From: Saprolegnia diclina VS20
Taxonomy: Eukaryota
NCBI RefSeq assembly: GCF_000281045.1
Contig: NW_008246080.1
Coordinates: forward strand, 257,844 to 321,843
Direction: 5' to 3'
Length of the DNA stretch: 64,000 bases
Numbering within the stretch: the first letter of the stretch is position 1; every line of letters begins with the position of its first letter. Below the pieces are notes generated by a model, which was not told the origin of the DNA, ran no database searches, and was given only the letters and a program-made list of their open reading frames with translations. Made by a program: the position numbers and the translations under genes. Below, in pieces: positions 55,815-64,000 of the stretch.

Positions 55815-57555
55815 CTAGCCGTCCACCTTGGGGTCGTAGGTGACTTGGGCGAGGTCGAGCACTTGCTTGGCGGCGACCATCATATCCTACGCGTTCACTC
55901 AGTATTGCGTTGCGCATGGTTCGTCGCACCGCTTGGTTGATGTCGGCCGCCTCAATGTAGCCATGCCAGAGTCCGCCGAGCTAGATGCAACGTCAGGAGG
56001 CGCCGTCCTCGCAGTGTATACCTTCTTGGCCACTTGGTACTGCGCGCAGGAGAAGGGCCCGAACGTCTCGTGCAAAATCGTCGCCTTGATCTCGCTACAA
56101 GTCGCATCATGCAGCAAGCATCGTGACGAGGATGCGTACTGCAAGCGCTGTATCTCGGAGAAGAAGAGCGCGCGGTTCATGCAGAAGATAATGTGGTCGT
56201 ATCGGTACGCCGACGCTTCGGCCTCGGGGCCCGTCGGCTCGGCGCGCACAAAGTAGCTCTGCTTGGGCGGTGTCGTCACCGACCGGTTGCGGTTGCTCTT
56301 GTCAAATTGCACCTACAACCCCGAATCTCGACTTGCACATATGCACAAATCTACGATACGAGGGCGAGATCGCGCACGCGAAGGAGCTCCTTGAAGTCCT
56401 TGACTTGATGCGCAATGTACTTGATGCCTTCGTGCAAGAGCAGCTCGTGGATCACGGGCTGGTGCTGCGCGAGCTCGCTCCACGCCCCGATCGCCGTCGC
56501 TACAGATAGAGAGGTCTTAGGACAGTGTAATGCACAAGAAGTGCGCAAACTCGTATGGCCCAGAATCGACTGCACCTCCGGCGCCTTGTCCGAGACCGTC
56601 ACGTACTCGGTCGCCTTCCACTGTTGAAAGTGCGTCGCGAGCTCCGTGAGCTCCTTGGCGTACGCAGCCGACTTGTCAGCAAGCCGCTTCGAGCACAGAA
56701 GGAGGTCGTTGCACGCCTTGTCGACAAACTCGGCGTCGCGCTTGAGGTTGAGGAGCAGCCTACGACGCGGAATCAGTTCTGAGATTGGACGATGCAGCTG
56801 GTGCCGACTGGTCGGCGTCGTCTGGCAGCGTCGTATGCAGGAGACACTTCATCCACTGCATGTGGCCTTCGCCTGCATGCTCCATGACGACCGAGCTCTG
56901 CACCACAACCGTCAGCTACCGCGCATGAAGACGTTGATACTAGTACCTTCTTGACATGGTCCCACTCGCCATCGTCGACGACGTTGAGAAAGCCAACGAC
57001 CGACGCGTCATGGCGCAGAAACGGCGATGCGACCACGTGGTTGAGGAAGAGCGCGAGGCCGCGCATGCGTCCGCGGATGAACGCCTCCGTCTTGTACACG
57101 GTCTTCTCGGGCAGCGACGGGATGAGCATGCCAATGTACCGAGCACACAGCGTCGTGTGGAGCCACTCGAAGTCGCTATCCATGCGTCACGACCAGGCGA
57201 AAAGGTCGGTACGTGCACCTAAAGCGGCGGCGCACGCGCGTGTTCTGCGGCTCCTGTTGCACCACGTACGTCGTGTGCTTCTTGAGGTAGCTGCCGCGCG
57301 ACTCGGGCTCCGAGACCTGCGCATTTCGAGCGTAGCCTTATTAGCCATGCGTAGCGCCCATGTACCGTGATCAAGATCGGGTTGCGTGCGGCTTGGCCGC
57401 GCCATTGCTACATGCCGTTGCATGGGCCACATCGTTAGCATGGCACGTACCTCGTGCGCGTCGAGCGAGAAGCTCGAGCCTTGGCAGAGCTTCATGGTGC
57501 AGATGGACGCGACGACTGCGTCGGCTACGCGGGGCGACGACGACGCGGTGAACAT
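55815..57555 (-). CDS. Sorting nexin (PX plus BAR-like helical region), multi-exon
   Basis: The PX domain reads VSEPE....KHTTY..VRRRF|SDFEWL..LIPSLPEK..RMRGL..FL. The C-terminal half is helical. The start codon is uncertain. Confidence 0.85.
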
Positions 57556-57934
57556 GGCAGCGCGAGTTGGTGTCTAGTTGGCTTCCGTCTCGACGGCTGC
57601 GATCTTCGATATCGAACATCGCGAGGACGTGTCATGCGTTTTATTTGGTTCAACCTAAAACGCATCGGTTTTACCCCGCTCGACAAAAACCGCCGGGCGT
57701 ATTTCGCGTTAAATAGAAAAACGTACGTTTATCGCTACCATCTGGTTCGTTTTTCTGATATAACGCGTTTGGAACAGCTGCTGCCTTCGCCTTCAACGCG
57801 TGATCAACACCCATCATGCGGCGACCCGATGACTGCGCTTGTGATCCTAGCTAATCGAGGCTGCTATTATGGTGGCTTATACACGCTTCCTGCTTCTACT
57901 GGGCGACGACGACTACTTCGTCGCATCTCACTTC

Positions 57935-59637
57935 TTATCTGTAATTGGCGGCCGGCGGGTACTCGTCGTGGCGGGGCGGCTGGTACGCCTTCTTCTTCTC
58001 GCCCATGCCGCCAAAGCGGCGGCTGAACGGCCCGTCGAGGTCGTCGCTGTGGTCTTGAAACTCGGCGCTGTGCAGGCCCACGTCCATGCCAAAGGCGGTC
58101 GCTGGGCGAAAGCTGTTGCTAAAGCCAAAGCTGCTGCTGCTTCCGCTCTCGTTGTAGGGCGCCGGCGGGTCCCACGAGGCGTGCGTCGCCGAGTCGGCCG
58201 ACGCAAACATGCCAAAGAGGTTGGACGGCGGCACTTGGTCGGCGTGGGGCCCGACCTGGTCGGGCGTCGGCGGCGCGTCCTGCCAGTGGCGCCACTGCGG
58301 CTGCCAGTGGGGCGGCTGGTTGGGCGGGTAGCCGCGGGGCATGTGCGACGGGTGGTGATGAGGTTGCTGGTGGTGGTGCGGATGGTGCGGGTGGCCGTGG
58401 TACTCGTACTGCGGCGGCGGCATACTGCTGTACTTTTGACTCGTCCAGCCGTGCAGCATCGAGCCGTTGGGCACATTCTCGTCGTCGTCGAGCGTCGGGT
58501 CCTTGCCGTCGAGGGACATGCTGTCGAGACGGTCCACGAGGCTGTGGTCCAACATACTACTTTGGTTGGGGGTCGACCGGCCGCCGCCATATCGCACGGC
58601 CGCGGCGTACCCGCTCATGCCGGGGTCGAGGGGACTAAAACTAGAGCTAACGAGGTGGTGGTGGCTACTGGACGACTTGGTCATCGGGGACGTCGGCGTC
58701 GAGCGCGGACTGAGGAGTTCGTGGTCGCTCGACTGGCCGCTAAACGAGCCACCGCGGTTCGAGATGGACCGGACGCTGCTTGTCGTCGTGGGCGGGGCGT
58801 CGGTGCGTGGCACGGCGCGCTTGACTTCGACCTACACCATTGCATGAGCACGATGTGCATGACACGAGCGGACGTACCGACTTGCCGTCAATGACGTGTG
58901 TCTTGTCTTGCAGCACGAGTTCGACGCTGGCTTCCGTCTCGAAAATGACAAAGCCAAAGCCACGCGACTTGTTGGTCTCGCGGTTGAACATGACTTCGGC
59001 CGAGACGACCTTGCCAAACTGCTGAAAGTACGTCTTGAACTCGGCTAGACAGGCCAGGATGAGCGACGACCGTCATGCGTTCGCGTTGGCGACGTACCGT
59101 CCTTGGTCTCGTAGTGGAGGCCACCGACAAAGATCTTTTTTGTGGCGCCGACCGCACTCGCGGAGCTGACGCTGGATCCTGCACTAACATTCCCCCTAGT
59201 GGAGATACTACTTGTGTCGCGGCTGCTCTCGGCGCGTGGCACGGCCCGCTTCGCCTCGACCTGCAACCATGCACGCATGAGCGGTCGCTAGATAAACCTT
59301 CGTCACGTACCCGGCGGTTGTCGAGCACGTGGTTGGGCTGGGCTAATGCGCGATCCACGCAGGCGGGGTCGGCGTACGTGATAAAGCCAAAGCCGCGCGA
59401 GCGCCGCGAGATCGGGTCCTTCATCACGACCGCGTCCGTGACGGCGCCGTATGCACCAAAGTATGCCCGCAGCTTATCTAGACGCGCGCTCCATGAGGCC
59501 ATGGTCATCGCCGGCGGCCACGTACCGTCGGTCGTCTCGTACGACAAGCCGCCGATGAATATTTTCCTACAGCGTCGCCATGAGGCCGCGCGGCGAGGCG
59601 CTGCCACGTACCCAATCTTCGGGGAGCTCTCTGTCAT
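57935..59637 (-). CDS. Two-RRM RNA-binding protein (Musashi/DAZAP1/hnRNP-A-like) with a low-complexity tail
   Basis: KIFIGGLS with SRGFGFIT, KIFVGGL with SRGFGFVIF, and VE.KRAVP twice. The C-terminus is H/P/Q/S-rich. Confidence 0.92.
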
Positions 59638-60322
59638 GACTATTCCTATCGCTATCTTGGGCGGCTGGGGGAAGCGCGCGGCCGGGGTCCGTCGGGGGTG
59701 CTTCCTGCTGACGTGACTGGAGCTAGACTGCCCCTACATTCTCCGAGAGGTTGGCGAAAAACCTCTCTCTTTTTATTCGATTCTTCCATACATTTCTAGA
59801 GCGTGCCACATTTGCGGCCGGGAGCCGCCACATACAAAGCCCAAGTCGATCGGCGGGCGATAACCTCTGAGAATGCATACCTATACAGTGTATGCGGCCC
59901 AGTGTCCCGACACCCCGTATACGTTCTGCCAGTGTGTGGCTTTTCAATTTTATATGATGCTTTTACACTAGAGATATGTATGCCAATTAAATGTAATAAT
60001 TAAAAGACGTGGCCCACAGTATTTAAATACAATGGCCGGTGAGTGTTTGTCGTTGGGCGAATCTTGGCCGACGGAATCTTGAGCGACGACGCCGGCGCCA
60101 GCGAGACACGGCGCCAAGGAGACGCGCCGGCCGACTTGGGGCCGGCGCATGGAGCTTGACGCATGGGCTGCGCAGGGCGGTGGGCCCATGAAGGTGCCTA
60201 CGCCGACGAAGGCCATGCTGCGATGGATGGCGACCACGTGGCGTCACGCCGCCTGGCGCCCTGTGGTGAGTAGCGCAACTGAATACTGTTGCATCCTCAT
60301 ACATTACGACGCAACGACTACA

Positions 60323-63119
60323 CTATGCGTCAAAGCTCTCGCCGAGCACGCGGAGGCTTTCGTGTGGCAATATGGTGCTCCCGAGATCGGCGCAGTAGGC
60401 CGCGTACTGCTGCAGCTTGGCCTTCGTGTCGGTCGGGCACGACTTGAGTGCGAGGAGGACCTTGGGGTGCACGAGCACTGTTGTCCACTCGGTCACAAAG
60501 CGCTCCGAGAAGGGCGGCGCAATGCGACTGAGCACGAGCTGCACAAAGTTGCGCAAGAGGGCTTGGTCGAGCGCGTCCGTGTTCTGCACGATAAAGTGCA
60601 AAACGGGCAGCACGTACCCGCACGTCATGAGGTGCACCATGCAGCGCAAGGTCTCGCGCTTGAGCTCGAGGACCTTGACCGGGTTGGACTCGGGCTGGCA
60701 CATGAGCGCCTTCACGAGCACGTTGAAGACGGTCGGCCACTGCGCCATGTGCAATGCAATGTCGTGCCGAAGGAGCTTGAGAAAGACCGGGAAGCAGGCG
60801 TGTAAAAATGGGCCGTTCAAGAAGCTCTTGGACTCGAGGAGCCGGCTAAGCCAGTGGAGGACGCCCATCGCCACGACCGGCGTCTCCATCGTCCGCAGCA
60901 CCTTCTCAATCGCCTCACTCTCGTGCATGTTGTAGCTCAGCGTTGTCTCGCTTTTGCACACGACGGACGTTTCTTCGAGCGCCTTGGCTACCGCCTCGAA
61001 CGGCGGGCACGCGTGCGCCGACATTGCATGCGTGTCGAGGAGCGACCGGTCGTCGACGACACTGGCAGCATACGCCAGTACGTACGCCGAGGCCGACCGA
61101 TGACTCTCGGTGATCGACTCGTACGGGTGGAAGAGTGCGTCCGTGAGGTACTCGAGCACCTACATATCCAGTGGATACATCTCTCTCTCTATCCAGCAGC
61201 CCAGCGACGTACGAGGTGTTCACGGACGTGGGCGACCGGCGGCGGCGACGGCCGCGCGTACACTTGCTTGAGGAGCTCGGCGCACGCGGCCGAGCACTTC
61301 CGTTCGCGGTACAGCATGTCTGTACGGTGCAGTTGATACATTGATACAAACGTACAAGGCGGTACCGATGGCTTGGGCGAGGTCCGGAAACGTTTGCGTG
61401 AGCTGCGCGCGCTTGAGGACATGGAACGCCTGGACTTTTCGGCCGCCGTGCTTCTCCAGCACATGCGCATGGAGTTCTTGCCGCAAGCGGTCGAGTTTGG
61501 TGCGGAGCGCCATGGCCGCGCCGTCCTGCGCGCGCAGATGCGTATCGAGCTGCAAGAGGACCTCTTGCGTGTACACGTGCGAGTACGCGGCGTGTGCACA
61601 CATTTTCTGGAGCGCGTACAGGTCGTCGCGGACCTCGTCGACCGACGCCGACGGCATCTAATGCCATTCAAGGGTTAAGGAACTCTGAGATGCGGATCAC
61701 CAGCCGCATCGTGCTGCGTACCCGCTGCAGCATGTCGGTCACGATGGCGTTGAACACGGAGAAGAAGACGTTGGCGTTCGTGATGGATGCAATCTCCTTG
61801 TGGTGCCCGGCCTCCGAGATGCGGCGGATCGCATACTGGAGGAGCCCACACGTCTAATATCAATGGCATCGGTCAGCGACGGACAGAATATGTATATGGC
61901 CGTGTACCGAGTGCTTCTCGGCGAGCTCGATGAGCATGAGACGCCACTGCTGGTCGTGGAGCATGGCCTTTAGCCACACCGGCTCGACGATCGAGTCGCT
62001 GAGCACGTTCGAGAGCTACCCACGCGTTAGCAACGTTATGGAGAGATACAACGACAGACCAGTTTGGGGTCGTAGCGGTCCATGATGGATTCCTTGAGGT
62101 ACGCAAACGTGAGCGCGTCGGGTGCGTCCCAGACCGCGGCTTCCTTGGCCGTCATGACCGATGCCATCGTCGCGGGGCCGTTGGCCGCGAGCAGCGCCGG
62201 GTCGGGCGCATCGAGAACGTCGAGCCAGCTGCTGACCAAGCGCGTCATCTCGGGGTGACCACGGTACGACGACGAGAGCTGCTTGACGAGGAGCTCTGCG
62301 CATATCTATGGCATGAGAGACGCATTCGAGGGGTCGAGCCAACCTGGGCCGTTGGCGTCCGTGTGCGCGCGCAAAAAGCCGTTGATCGCGCTGAGGATAT
62401 CGAGCTCCATGATGGCGTCGGTCTTGCCCAGGATCTATACGAGAAGCATGAGTACGTCCTGTCCGTCGCCTGCTCATGCACACCTGGAAGGCCGGTGCGG
62501 CTTCGTCCTGGATCGCGTCTGCGAGGGCTCCTGCGTCGTCGTCGTCGCGCAAGATGAGCGTGGACGTCGCTCGTCCCGTGCGCTTGGGCTTGTTCTTGGC
62601 CTTGAGCTTGGACGACGCATGCTTCTCGCGCTTCTTGCGCTTCTTGGCCTTCTCATCGTCCTTGGCGCTCACATCGTCCGCAGCCGCCGGCGCCTCGCCG
62701 CTTGTTGCGAGGGTTTCGTCGTCTTCTGTCGCTTTGCGCTTGGCGCGCTTCCGGCTCGGGCTCTCGGCGTCCTCGGCTGTGAGTTTGGACGACGACTTCT
62801 TCTTCTCGAGCTTCTTCGTCGTCGACTCGTCGCCGGCGTCGTCGGCCTTGGCCGCGATCTTCTCGAGGTCGTCCTTGGTCACGTAGCTCGTGATCTCGAC
62901 GTTCTCGGGCTTGATCCACTGCGACGTCTTGGAGACGCGGTCGTAGTAGTAGAGGCGCAGGGTCGTCTTGTCCATGCGCTCTTCCCACGCCTGCTTGGAG
63001 GCCGACGGGAGCTCGGCCGGGACGAAGTCGTCGGGCTTCTCCCACACGCTGGCCTTCGTCCCCTTGTTGTAGTAGTACGACCGCCCGTCCTTGGTCTTGT
63101 GCTCGGTCCAGACAGCCAT
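60323..63119 (-). CDS. NELFCD: Negative elongation factor C/D (TH1) homologue with two N-terminal WW domains
   Basis: WW motifs are [18 protein letters not shown] and WEE...YYYD..SQWIKP. TH1 blocks are DAIME, W..ML....WR...[29 protein letters not shown] and G.VLPV. An in-frame 49-nt intron at 62435-62483 joins the two parts. Confidence 0.85.
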
Positions 63120-63692
63120 TCTTGCGCCAACGGTTCAAAGCGCTACTGAGCACATCCGGATACGAGCGTCCGGATAACGCGACGCTGAAGTCATTCCAGT
63201 ATCAACCTCACGCTCCTGCTGGCACGGACACAGGACACGAGGCCCATGTGTCTACTTCGCTCCTCCGCTACGATGGTATGATAGCTGGCATCGCGGAAGC
63301 GTCGTCACCGCAGCAACAAGGCCGGCTGGCGCCGCCTTGATGCATAGGCTGCTCGGTCATACACCAAGGTTTGGATTCGTGCTAGGATGGTGCAGAGAAT
63401 GGTCGGGTTGGAGTAGACGGCCTACCACTGCAAGCACGACACCTGACTAGCATGCTGCCTGGCCTGCGCCTGGAGGTGCTGCTGCGAGCGAAAGTGTCGT
63501 CGTCTGAGCTTGGTTAAAAGGGTCCGTGTTGCCCGAGCATGACATGCCCAACACCTCAAGGCGAAAGTGCGCCGAGCCTTTTGGCGGCTACTACAATGCA
63601 GCTGCATGCGCTGAACGAGAAGGCAAGGTGTGGATCATGGGCCGTGGTCGTGCTAGGATGTATCGTGTTCCTATCCGGTTGTTACTATGGCG

Positions 63693-64000
63693 CTAGTTGC
63701 CGCTGGTTTCGTTTTGCATCGCTTCGACCTTGCGCAGCCCGTTGAGGCCGGCGACGCGGTAGGCTTCGGCAAGCGTCGGGTAGTTGAAGACGGCGTTGCG
63801 GAAGTACTCGAGCGTGCCGCCGGTCGACATGACGACCTGGCCAATGTGAATGATCTCGGTCGCGCCTTCCCCGATCGCGTGGACGCCGAGGAGCTTGAGC
63901 GTACTGGGGCAGAAGATGATCTTGAGAAAGCCGGGCGTGCCGCCGAGCATTTGGCCTTTGGCCAGCTCCTCGTAGCGCGCGACGCCGACCTCGTACGGCA
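63693..64000 (-). CDS. sthA: Soluble pyridine-nucleotide transhydrogenase (SthA/UdhA), C-terminal part
   Basis: PYEVG.A....LA..Q..G..G.LKI.F, ATEIIHIGQ and EYF.N.VFNYPTLAEAYRVAGLNG are characteristic of SthA rather than of lipoamide dehydrogenase (HPT motif). The gene is truncated by the window edge. Confidence 0.88.
   Translation of the reverse strand, partial: PYEVGVARYEELAKGQMLGGTPGFLKIIFCPSTLKLLGVHAIGEGATEIIHIGQVVMSTGGTLEYFRNAVFNYPTLAEAYRVAGLNGLRKVEAMQNETSGN

Overview
This is gene-dense, GC-rich eukaryotic DNA with many short (mostly ~45-50 nt) GT-AG introns and Inr/FPR-like and CCAAT promoter elements. It is most consistent with a saprolegnialean oomycete such as Saprolegnia or Achlya, which is an inference. 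About 32 protein-coding genes can be supported. Housekeeping genes are RUVBL2 (3' end), Ub-RPS27A, RPS8, PSMA6, GRX5, tRNase Z, USP48-like and IFT56. Trafficking genes encode a C2-DysF protein, an NT-C2 coiled-coil protein, AVL9/DENN-MORN, Sec16 and a PX-BAR sorting nexin. Signalling and regulatory genes encode a multi-PAS hybrid histidine kinase with a C-terminal HPt, a calcineurin-A-like phosphatase fused to EF-hands and a hydrophobic tail, a calcineurin-B-like protein, a 3R-MYB, YTH and RRM proteins, and WW-NELF-C/D. Bacterial-type enzymes are a nicotinamidase, RraA and SthA. A 670-nt assembly gap lies inside the kinase PAS array. No rRNA, tRNA, CRISPR array or intact transposon was recognised. 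The most notable observations are a Sec16 carrying eight spaced acidic NPDFGGEF..EWGWNP modules, a WW-WW/NELF-C/D fusion, a likely membrane-anchored CnA/EF-hand fusion, a tripartite kinase, a multicopper oxidase with His->Asp at a type-1 Cu ligand, and a CCGGATA element upstream of six genes. All identifications come from motif recognition by eye. Exon boundaries are manual predictions and no database searches were run.
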